Positions 35,405 to 47,626 of a stretch of 64,000 nucleotides of DNA are shown one piece after another; position 1 is the first letter of the stretch; every line of letters starts with the position of its first letter. The translations under genes and the position numbers were made by a program. This DNA comes from Phallusia mammillata (Eukaryota). Location: the NCBI GenBank assembly GCA_965637545.1, contig OZ281495.1, forward strand, positions 11,842,001 through 11,906,000, given 5' to 3'. The notes under the pieces were generated by a model. It was given only the letters and a program-made list of their open reading frames with translations. It was not told the origin of the DNA and searched no databases.

Positions 35405-38400
35405 GTTTACTGCTAACCTGCCAAAAAGCAAACCTTGCAAATTTTATTTAAAACTATGTGTCGATTTTACTGTCTGCATTGCCATTAGTCGGTAATAATA
35501 ATAATTAATCAACATTTTACTTTATAATTGTAAAAAGCGTATTTTTTGTTGCTACTCGCAAACAATATAAATGCACTGAAATCAGTTAATTTTTGGTAAA
35601 TTATCTAAAAAACGAATTAAAGTTTGTGAATAAAAACTACCAACAATCTCTGTTTTCAGGTTTATAAAGCTTCTAGACACTCCTGCCCTTATATGTTGTG
35701 TGCAAAAGACATTGCTATGATCACAAAATAAAAACACTGATGCTCGCCAAGAAGTTGCAACTTTATATTTTTTGTTTCAAAACTTATTTTTTGTAACCCA
35801 TTTTGCAATTAATGCCACATTCAACAACTTTACCAATAAAAATACGTTTTGGGTATAAAACAGTAAAACATGTGCAAGATATTCTGCGGTCGACTGTTTT
35901 TTTTTCTATTCTGCGATAAGAAAAATTGCTTTGACTGCAATTTTATAAAGCATGATACAAGTATTCGTTGTGGTGCAGGATATGATTTGTTTAAAGTTTG
36001 GAGTGCAAAAACCTCTGCGATTATGTAACGTTCTTGTAGATTAAAAACAACACTATACTGTATTGCGATGTTTGTAGATTTCTACCACGACTAAGCTAAA
36101 ATCACAAGTTTAAGTAAAACAAAATCACAAAGCATTTTAAAATAATTGAGGTTTATTTCGTTTCTAAATCATCGATCAAAAGTATGATCGTATAAATTAG
36201 GAGTCACATAGCTTTCAGTTTTCGTTGTCCATCACATCACCTGTTCCTTGGTTTTCATCTGCGACATAATCATTACTCTTGCGTTGCGTTTTTCCTGGTT
36301 CGCTGATGTCATCACGGTCTTCTGAACAGGTAAAATGTAAGCTACTTTTCAAAAATGTTAGTATGCCATACGTTAGACCAGTTGACCAATTAACTACCGT
36401 TTAACCTAGGTTTACCAGCATCACATTTCAAACCCTTTTTTAGTTTCAGAATACAACCGATATCCTTGTACGTCTTTCAACAGAAAAACACCCAACAAAA
36501 AGGCGACGAGAATGAACTTGTTCATCTGCAAAAAAAGCTTTAAGGTAAAATTTGAGCAATTCGTTTAATATGCTGTCGCACTTTCTTACACTTACTGCAT
36601 TGTGAAAACCGTTTCAAACATGGATAAAAACTGAAAAGTAGCACCTACCTTACGTTTTTGTTTGGAGTCGACCTGTTGCCACGACGTGCTTTATCGAAAC
36701 AGATTGTGTCGTTTTCAAACCCCCATCCAGATGTTTTACTTTTTCCTGTAGCTTCTTGTAACAGTTGCAATAAAAAACTGCAAAGGAAACAGTTTGTTTC
36801 CTCTTTCTGTTTTATTGTCCAGAGACTATGTTTTGTAGTAGAAAATGCGCGCGTTTGTTACCGCGGTGGCTATACGCTTTTATTGTACTAGTTGTTATCG
36901 TTACAACTGTTTTGCAGCACTATGAAGTATTGGACAAACTTTAAAAAACGAGACTTCTCCAAAGCACCGTCGCAGTTTTGTCAGTTATAACTTACTTAAT
37001 ATTGAAGCTGAAAAGTTAAAACGAAACATGGAATGCGGATTACAACCAACAACAAAAAAACATCGCTATAAGTATCCCCTTTGAGCTTGTTATTGGTTAA
37101 TAAATGTGTAGGTTACTACATGAGTTACATTTTTATGCTCAACGTGAGTTGCACAAATGTGAACATCTGCAGTCCGACAAGCGAACTTTGTGGTTCGGTT
37201 TACGTTTTTACTTTGATGTTTTCTCCATTTTTTGGTAATCTGAATAGAGTCATATTCATAAAAATCTTTGAAGTGTGTCTTTGGTTCGTTTGGTGTTAAA
37301 GCGTGTTGTATTTTTTTAATATTTAGTTTTGCAATTGGTTTTATTTTTGATTTGTTAAAAAAACTTTATGAACAGTGAAAGGGCTTGATTTTTATGCCAG
37401 GCCTTGTGTTTTCACTAATTTATTCACCAATATATGTACGCTTAGAAACAGCGCTTAAACATCGAGCAAAACGTTGAAAAGTGTGCAAATTGGAATTTTT
37501 TAAACATTTCAACGTTGTCACTGTTTGAAAACATGCATCAGAGTCAGTTCCAAGTTTCCCACGGAGAAACAGCTGCGGGTTCTCGACGTTTTGTCGTGCA
37601 TTCTAGGTTGTTGTCTGGGGTATCTTGATCGCTCTTGCGCGGCCGTTCCCCGGGCTCGCTCTCATAAGCAACGCGCTCATCTAAACAGGTAAAATGTAAG
37701 CTACGTTTTCAAAATTTTATCAATCCAAAACGTTAGACTAGTTGACTGATGAGCTACGATTTAAGTTTAAAAGCACCAAATTTCAAAACCTTTTCCAGCT
37801 CCATCCTCTTGACTTAGATCCTTGTCCATTTTTCACCAGAAAAATACCTAACAAGATGGCGACGAGAATTAACTTGTTCATCTGCCAAAAAGGTAAAATT
37901 TGAGCAATACGTCTGATTTGTTTGTCACACTTGCTAATACCATAAGCCATTGTAAAAAGGGTTTAAAGCACGAATTAAAAATTAAAACTTGCACATACCT
38001 TTTACGTTTGTGTTTGAATGTTGACCTGTTACGACGATGTGCTTTATTGGAGCAAATTGTGTTGCTTTTCAAACCCCTTATCCAGATGTTTTACTTTTTT
38101 CTCCTGTTTTTATGTAAAAACTGCAAAAGATCGAAAAGGAAACAGATTGTTTCTGTTCTCCGTTGCTTTTCACAAAACTGTATGTAACAGCTTGCAGCGA
38201 ATGGACGCGAGTTTGCTATTAATTCGTTAGAATTTTTCTGTGGAAATTTTTGATCACATGGGTCGTAAGTTATAGGGATCTCATTGCAAGTAAAAAAACA
38301 TGTGATTTATCGATTTTAGATTAAAAATTAGCCTTTGGTTTACCGCGACGAGATACACTTGTTTACCTGCAGGAAACCAAACTCGTTCAAATGTGAAAAT

Positions 38401-38864
38401 TTGTCGGACTTACTCATAGCAATGATTTATGAAATTCACACACAGTCCATGAATTAAAGTAAAAATATAGAAACATTGCTCACATTAATTTCTGGTCGTT
38501 TTACTCGACTTGTTACGACCATGTGCGTCCGTGGAACGGGTTGTGTTTCTATTCAAATCCTAAATCCAGATGCTTTGCTCTTTTCGGTGAAAAATATCGC
38601 AGTGAAAACAGAATATGTTTCCAGTCGAATCTGTCGTATGAAAGGATGCGCTGTTTCCGCATCAGTTACAGGATTTTTTTCGGCGCTTGGGGAAAGTAAA
38701 TTTACACGTCGAATTTTTTTCTTTTGTTACCACTTGATCCTGCTTTTTTCGAAGAAAAAACCGCTTTCTTGTTGAGTTTTCCAGTACTTTAAAAAGGCTG
38801 TCAAAAATGAATAGAAAACAAAACGAACACATGGTAATCCCCATAAGCATGGGCCAATTACGTT

Positions 38865-41630
38865 TTTTGGTAGGTTTTTTTTTACCATTTTTATGAAAAT
38901 CAAACGAAGTTTACAAACTGTCAAAATTCGTTGTGTACAAATTAAACATATTTTATTGTGTAATTTAGCTTGTTACAGAAAAAGAAGCCAATGTTTGATT
39001 GAAGTTTTTTTTCAGTTTCGCCGTCGAAATCAAACAAAGTAGAAGAAAATGACACTTTGCTTCTTTACGTGGTTGTTGCGTTGGCAGTTGGTAACCTTCT
39101 CTGGCTAACCTTGATCATATTTTGCGGGTATGTAACCACACTTCAAACAATCTTTTTAGTTTTTTTCACCACTTGTAATTTTAGATGTTGCCGTAAAAAG
39201 AACTAGCAACCTCTTTCCGTAAATCCAATGGTGGAAGTGCGGACTACAACTGATGTTCACAATATCTGTAACATAGTAGAGGACGCTTATGCGTTTGCTG
39301 ATAACGATGACAATTTAGAAAACAGGCAAACTAACTTGACTGCTGCCAACTGATTTTACTGCTAATTCCTGCCAACAAGCAAACCTTGCAATTTTTTTGA
39401 AAAAATGTTTATCGATTTTACTGTCTGTATTGTCATCAGTCAGTAATAATAATCATTAATCAACATTTTAATATGGTACTTTATAGTTGTAAAACGTGTC
39501 TTTTTGTTGCTACCCGCAAACAACATAAATGCACTGAAATCAGTTGATATAGAGAAAATCATCTAAAAAACGACTTTAAAAACTGGTGAATAACAACTAC
39601 CAATAATCTCTGTATGTTGGTTTATAAAGCTTTTAGCAACTCCTCCCATTGTTAGCACCAATGTTGTGTGCAAAGACATCGCTAATCACAAAGTAAAGAT
39701 ATGATATAACACTGACGCTCGCCAAGAAGTTGCCACTCTATATTTTATATTTCATAAACGTTTTTATGACCCATTTTGCGATTAATGTCACATGCAACAA
39801 CTTAACTATGTGAAAAGAACGTGTCGGGTTTGAAACAGCGTATACTACGGACAGCAAGTTTACGCCTTAGCAAACTTTGCAAGTGTGACCAAATAATCTG
39901 GTCATGCACAATAATGTTTTTTTGGACACTTTGTTTTCCTGATTTGGCACCATCACGTGCATTTCTTTTCTTTGGTGTTATTTGGTTTGTGGCACGTTGT
40001 TAGCATTCCCTCCCTTTGCCTGACGATTATGAAACAGCATTACGGACAGCAAGTACAGAATACCCCTTAAAAACATTGCAAGAAGTGACGATTTTTTGTT
40101 TGTTTTGCCTTTTTTTTTTAATTTTAGTGTTGTTGAATAATTTATGCACTAAACCGTAAAAATATCTGTAATATATTTTGCAGTTGACTGTTCTTTTTCT
40201 TCTGGTAGGAAAAAAATGCTTTAACTGCAAATTGGTGATTTAAGTTTAATTAAAGTTTTCGTTGTGGTATAAGATATGATTTGTTAAAGTTCTTGTAGAT
40301 TAAAAACAACACTATTGTATTGCATTGTTTGTAGATTTTTACCATGACTGAGACAAAATCGCTAGGTTAAAATAAAACAAAATCGCAAAGCATTTTGAGA
40401 TAATCGAGGTTTATTTCGTTGCCAAAATGATCGATCAGAAGTATGATCGTATAAATTAGGAGTCACATAGCTTTCAGTTTTCGTTGTTTATCACATCAGC
40501 TGTTCCTTGGTTTTCATCTGCGGCATAAACATCGCACTTACCCGGCGTTTTTCCGGGTTCGCTTTCATAAGCAACGCGGTCCTCTAAACATGTAAAATGT
40601 AAGCTTCTTGTCAAAAGTGTTAGTATGCTATACGTTACACCAGTTGACTGATTATCTACCGTTTAGCCTGGGTTTACCAGCATCACATTTGAAAACCTTT
40701 TACATAATCGATATCCTTTTCCGTCTTTCAACAGAAAAAACACCCAACAAGAGAGCGACGAGGATTAACTTTTTCATCTGAAAAAAAATGTTTGAGGTAA
40801 AATTTGAGCAATTCATCGGATGTGTTTGTCGCACTTGCTTACACTTACTGGCACTGTGAAAACCGTTTAAAACATCGATAAGAACTGAAAACTAGCACCT
40901 ACCTTACGTTTTTGTTTGGACATCTACCTGTTACGGTGATGTGCTTTATCAAAGCAGATTATGTTGCTTTTCAAACCCTTGCAGATGTTTTACTTTTTCC
41001 TGTAGCTTCTTTTAACAACTGCAATAGAAAAACCACAAAGGAAACAGTTTGTTTCCTCTTTCTGTTTTATTTTCCAAAGACTATGTTTTGTAACACCGAG
41101 TAGCAACTGGACGCGTTTGTTACCGCGGTGGTTAGGCCTATATGGTTTTATTGTAGTAGTTGTTATCGTTACAACTGTTTTGCAGCACTAAGTGTGGAAA
41201 AAACTTCAAAGGACGAGACTTATACAAAACACCGTCGCAGTTTTATCAGTTATAACTTACCTAATATTGAAGCTGAAAAGTTAAAACCAAACATGTAATG
41301 CGTATTACACCCAATAATCGCTACAAGTACCCCTTGATGCTTCTTATTGGTTAGTATATGTGTAGGTTACTGTATGAGATACATTTTTATACTCAACGTG
41401 AGTTGCACAAATGCGATCACCTGCAGTCCGACAAGCGAGCTTTGTGGTTCGGCTTACTTCTTTACTTTGATGTTTTCTCCATTTTTTGTTGATCTGAATA
41501 TAGTGTCATATTCACAAAAATCGTTAAAGTGTGTGTTGGGTCCGTCTGATGTAATAACGTGTTGTATTTTTTTCATATTTCGTTTTGCAATTTTTTTTGA
41601 TATGGTTGAAAAAGCTTTCTTAACGGTTTA
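38865..41630 (+). repeat. Segmental duplicate of ~34920-37375 (receptor intron 2 through its 3' flank and first array unit)
   Basis: Collinear similarity with an offset of ~3955 at the TM exon (35061 vs 39016), rising to ~4262 at the array anchor (36330 vs 40592) because of an extra ~0.3 kb near 39850-40165. Confidence 0.85.
39016..39353 (+). pseudogene. Partial copy (TM exon plus tail exon) of the orphan receptor with a premature stop
   Basis: Exons 39016-39127 and 39185-39353 keep their splice sites. AAA AAG AAA AAG has become AAA AAG AAC TAG (stop at 39204-39206). The signal-peptide and ectodomain exons are absent upstream. Confidence 0.75.
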
Positions 41631-44600
41631 GCAAACTTGCTAAGCAAAACCAGCAAAACGTGCAAAATAGGATTTGCTGAGCATATCAACGTTGTCACTA
41701 TTTGAAAACACGCATTACCCTATGGTTAAGAAGGACCTAATCTAATGTGTTATTTTGCAGTTGACCTGATGGAGCTTGGAACAGACCTAAATTATGATGA
41801 AAAAAACGCTTGAAGAACAATCTCATAAAGCATGGGCTATCGTTTTAGATGTGAAATAGAATAAGATTTAAGTCTGTTCAAGTTTGCCTTGCAGAAACAT
41901 TTGCCGGTTCGTGACTTTTGGTCGTATAGTATCCGCTGATCGTAAATAGCACTGCCTTGTAATGTTTGTAAATGACGGCGTTGTAGATTTATATCATGAA
42001 TGAGCTAAATTCCCAAACTTACAATACAACAAAATCACAAAGCTAATTGAGATAACCGAATTTATTACGATTGCAAGTCATCGATATCAGATGATTGGAT
42101 TTTTCTCGGCGCTTCGGTAAAGTAATGTTAACGCGTCGAAACAATATTTCTTTTGTTACTACTTGAGCCTGCTTTTTTCTAAGAAAAATCCACGTTCTTT
42201 GTTGTTGAGTTTGCCAGTACTTGGCAGTTAAAAAATGAATCGAAAAAACACGTAATTATTGGGATCCAACTGAAAACGAACTATCCCCATAAGCATTTGC
42301 TAATGTATCCCTATTGATTCGTTTGCAGGTTTTGCAAGGTATACTGTGGTCCATGATACATTTGTGGATTATACAGGGGTGCAGTTTCGGTTTTGGTTAA
42401 TTAATTTGATGTGTTTAATTAGGTATTGTTGATGCTTAGTCAAGCGTGTCTGCATTGTGATGCTTGTAACTGACGGCGTTGTAGATTTCTATCATGAATG
42501 AGCTAAATGCCCAAGAATGGTGGTTATATGCTTTTATTGTACTGGTTGTTATCGTTACAACCGTTTTGTCACACTATAAAGTGTAGAAAAAACGAGCGTT
42601 CTACAAAACACTTTTGCAGTTTTGTCAGTTATAACTTACTTAATATTGGACCTGAAAAGTAAAAACAAAACTTGTAATAGGGAATACACCCTACAACACA
42701 AGGACACATAGCTATAAGTATCCTCTTTGGGCTTCCTATTGGTTAATGTATGTGTGGGTTACTATATATGAGGTACATTTTTATACCCAACGTGAGTTGC
42801 AGAAATGCCAACATGTGCCGTCCGACAAGCGAGCTTTGCGGTTCTACAAAATTTTATCAATGTCAGATGCCAAACAAGTTAACTAGTGAACTACGATTTA
42901 ATTGCAACGGGCCCGATTTGCAGAACCCATTCCATCTCCGTCATGAAGTTGTGTTTGTCCGTCTTTCACCAGCAAAATACCAAACAAGATAGCGACGAGA
43001 ATTAACTTGTTCATCTGCCAAAAAGGTTAAATTTGAGCGGTACGTCTGATTTGTTTGTCACACTTGCTAATACCATGGCATTGTGAAAAGGGTTTGGGAC
43101 GGGCCTGATATAATATGTTATTATGATGGAGCTTGGAACAGACCTAAATCATGATGGACAAACGCTCGAATAGCAATCTCATAAAGCATGGGCAATCGTT
43201 TTAGGTGGGTGTAAAATAGTATATGATTTAATTTTATTACTAGTTTCTCATGCAGAATCAGTTGCGGGTTCGTGACGTTTGGTCGAATAGTCATCGCTGA
43301 TCAAAAACAGCATTGCATTGTAATGTTTGTAAATGAAAACGCTGCAGATTTCTTTCATGAATGAGCTGAATTCCCAAAGTAAAAAAAAACAAAATCACAA
43401 AGCTAATTGAGATAATTGAAGTTTATTACGATTGCAAGTCATCGATTATCCGATGATCGCGTACGTTAGGAGTCACACCGCCTTCAATTTTCGTTGTCCA
43501 ACACTTCACCTGTTCCGCGGTTGTCCCCTGGGGGGTAGTTATCGCTCTTGTGTGGCCGTTCCCCGGGTTCGCTCTCATAAGCAACGCGTTCATCTAAAAA
43601 GGTAAAATGTAAGCTACTTTTCAAAAAAAAATTCTCAATGCCAGACGTTAGATTAGTTGACTAATGAACTGTGATGTAATTGCAAAGGGCCCAAATTGCA
43701 AAACCTTTTCCATCTCCGTCAGGAAATTGTCCTTGTCCGTTTTTCACCAGAAAAATACCTAACAAGATGGCGACCAGAAGTAACTTGTTCATCTGCCAAA
43801 AACGTAAAGTTAAGCAATACGTGCGATTTGTTTGTCACACTTGCTAATACCCAAGGTATTGTGAAAAGGGCTTAAAGCACAGAGAAAAACTAAAAACTAC
43901 CACCTACCTTACGTTTCTGTTTAGATGTCGACGTGTTACGACGATGTGCTTTTTTGCAGCAAATTGTGTTGCTTTTCAAACCCTTATCCAGATGTTTTTA
44001 TTTTTCTCTCCTGTTTTCATGTAAAAAAACTGCAAAAGACCGAAAAGGAAACGGATTGTTTCTGTTCTCCGTCGCTTTTCACAAAACTGTCTGTAACAAC
44101 TTGTAGAGAATGGACGCGAGTTTGTTATTACTTTGATAGAAGTTTTATGTGGAAATTTTCTATTATGTTGCTCATTTAAGTTGAGGGATCTCACTGCAAG
44201 TAAAAACCACGTGATTTGTCGTTTTAAGATTCAATATTTTAGCGTTTGGTTTACGGCGATACACCTGTTCACCTGCAGGAAATATATTTATAGCCAACCT
44301 CGTTTAAAAAGTGAAAATTTGTCGAACCTGCTCATAGCAATGATTGATGAAAATCACACACAGTCTATTAAAAACCGGTAAAATATAAAACCACTAATCA
44401 CATTAATTTCTTGTCGTTTTAGTCGACTTGTTACGACCATGTGCTTTTTGGAACTCTCTTTTCGGTGAAAAATGTCGCAGTGAAAACCGAATGTTTCCAG
44501 ACGAATCTGTCGCATGAATGGACGCGGTGTTTCCGCATAAGTTACAGAATTTTTCTCGGCGCTTGGTTAAAGTAACGTTAACACGCCGAAACAATATATG

Positions 44601-46508
44601 TTTTGTTACAACTTGTTCCTGCTATTTTCGAAGAAAACCACATGTGCTTTGTTGTTGAGTTTTGCACTACTTTCCAATAAAAAGGCAATTAAAAATGAAA
44701 AAAAGCACGTGATCTGTTTGGATCCAATAGAAAACGAACACGTGGCTATCCCCATAAGCATTTGCACAGAAAAAGGGCTTTGTCTTTATGCTAGGCTGCT
44801 TGTTTTTATCGGTTTTGCACGAATATAATATCTTAACGTTTACAAACGACGCCTAAACATCGAGCAAAATGTTGAAAAGCAAAACGTGCAAAGTAGGATT
44901 TTTTTAACATTTCAACGTTGTCACAATTTGAAAACACGCATTATCCTATGGTTGGGACGGCCTTGATCTAATATGTTAATTTGCAGTTGCGTGATGGAGC
45001 TTGGAACAGACCTAAATTATAATGGACAAACGGTCGAACAGCAATCTTAAAAAGCATGGGCTACCGTTTCAGTTGTGAAATAGGATAGGATTTAAATATG
45101 TTCAAAGTTTGTCGTGCAGAATCAGTTGCGGGTTTGCAACGTTTAGTCGCATAGTCTTCGCTGATCATAAACAGCAATGCCGTGTAATGGTTGTAAGTTA
45201 CGACGCTATTGATTTCTATTATGAATTAGAAAAATTTGAACAAAATCACAAAGCTAATTTAGATAATCGAAGTTTATCACGAATGCAAGTCATCGATTAA
45301 CGGATAATCGCGTATGTTAGGAGTCACGCCGCCTTCAGTTTTCGTTGTCCATCACATCACTTGTTTCCTGGTTGTCTTTTGGGGTATAATTGTCCCTCTT
45401 GGGCGGCCGTTCCCCGGGTTCGCTCTCATAAGCAACGCGTTCATCTAAACAGGTAAAATGTAAGCTACTTTTCAAAATACTTTATCAATGCCAAACGTTA
45501 GATTGGTTGAGCGATAAACTACGGTTTAAGTTTGAAAGCACTAAATTTCAAAACCTTTTCCAGCTCCATCATACAATTTGACTCCTTGTCCGTCTTTCAC
45601 CAGAAAAATACCTAACAAGATGGCGACGAGAAGTAACTTGTTCATCTGCCAAAAAGGTAAAATTTGAATAATACGTCTGATCTGTTTGTCACACTTGCTA
45701 ATACCCAGGCATTGTGAAAGGGTTTAAAGCACAGAGAAAAACTAAAAACTACCACCTACCTTACGTTTCTATTTGGATGTCGACCTGTTACGACGATGTG
45801 CTTTCTTGGAGCAAATTGTGTTGCTTTTCAAACCTTCATCCAGATGTGTTTACTTTTTTCTCCTGTTTTCATGTAAAAAACTGCAAAAGACCGAAAAGGA
45901 AACGGATTATTTCTGTTCTCCGTCGCTTTTCACAAAACTTTGTTGTGCAACAGCTTGTAGAGAATGGACGCGAGTTTGTTATTACTTCGATAGAAGTTTT
46001 ATGTGGAAATTTTCTATTATGTTGCTCATTTAAGTTGAGGGGATCTCATTGCAAGTAAAAACCACGTGATTTATCTTTGTAAGATTCAATATTTTAGCGT
46101 TTGGTTTACGGCGATACACTTGTTCACCTGCAGGAAATATATTTATAAGCCAAACTCGTTTAAAAAGTGAAAATTTGTCGAACCTGCTCATAGCAAAAAA
46201 ATAATTTCTTGTCGTTATATTCGACTTGTTACGACCATGTGCTTTTTGGAACCGGTTGTGTTGCTATTCAAATCCTTAATCCAGATTCTTTGCTCTTTTC
46301 GGTAAAAAATTTTGCAGTGAAAACATATAGTGCTTCCATTTGAATCTGTCGAACAACTGGACGCGCTGTTTCCGCATCAGTTACAGGATTTTTCTCACCG
46401 CTTGGGTAAAGTAATTTTAACGCGTTGAAACAATATTCTTTTTGTTGCCAATTGATCCTAGTTTTTACGAAGAAAACCCCACGTTCCTTGTTGTTGAGTT
46501 TTCCTTTG

Positions 46509-47626
46509 GGGCGGCATTACGAACACATCTCGCTAAGTTTAGCGAGCTCGGTATTGACGCACGAACTCGTTAAGTTGAGATTTGGTATTACGAACCCCCG
46601 TCTCGCTAACCGGACCTAAACTCCTCGCTAACTACGAAGACCTCAGACCACTCGCTAACGCCAAATTGTTGTTGACAAAGTCACACAGTCACGTCGGAAA
46701 TCAATTGTGGCTACGTATTATGCTGGTAAAAGTTTGTACAAACGAAGAAAAATTGTAAATGTCGGTTTTAATTTAATTTTAAAATGGCGTTTGCGAAGAA
46801 TAACTGTATTGGATTGATGCCATCAATTCACGAGGATTTACACATTTTCCAGTTAAAATAAGTTGCAAAAAATCCGGTAAAAAGTATCTGATGCTGGAAG
46901 AACAAGTCCTTATTATATACTTCCGTGTGCGCAATACAGTTTAAGAAATCTAATTTGGGCAAACACAACATTTAAGCCATTGTACCAACCGTCCGTGTGG
47001 TAGTGACTCAAAGTTGTTTACACCCTGCATATTTTCTTTCAGCACTCTAGATATAAGATGAACGTGTCAAGATAGGTTGTTTTTATTGATCACAGTAGTT
47101 ATTTTGTGTTAAATTTATAACATTGTCATGTATTTTTTAGTTTTTTAAATACTTGTCCGTTTTGAAGCACCAACGTTTTCTTTTAATAAAAAATATACCA
47201 AAAGATGTTTTGCACCTTTTCTAAGATATGAAACTTCCATTTCAACTGTTGTCCACGTTTCAATAAATTCTTGCAATGTTTCTTGATGTTCTTATGCTAC
47301 TTTATCAAATAAACAAATTCCAAGCTGTCCGTAAATTAGGAAATCCAAACATTTTGAGGTTATATTGCAAATTTACATTAAAAACAGCATAAATGACAGG
47401 CGAAAATTGTTTGTCGCAAGGTGTCGCATAGCGCGGCGTGACGATTTTGCTGAGTCAGACGTCTTTTTTCTTACGATTTTGACGCATTCTCTCGTATTTG
47501 CGCCAGGCTTTCGCGAGGCGTTTGCGAGGACACTTTGTAATACCAAATACTTTACCGAGTTCCTCGCTCGTTAAGTCCTCGCTAAAGATGTTTTTACCGA
47601 GCGAGGAAGTGTTCATAATGCTGCCC
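46509..47626. mobile_element. Non-autonomous TIR element, PIF/Harbinger-like, inserted in an array unit
   Basis: TIRs GGGCGGCATTACGAACAC / GTGTTCATAATGCTGCCC; 3-bp flanks TTG / TAG; multiple subterminal CTCGCTAA motifs; absent at the equivalent position of sister units. Confidence 0.7.

Noticed and set aside
37746-37815. CTGATGA as a hammerhead core or C-box snoRNA in the array intron
   Set aside because: Present in one copy only, with no stem II-GAAA. The CTGA D-box candidate is not conserved and coincides with the branch-point position close to the acceptor.
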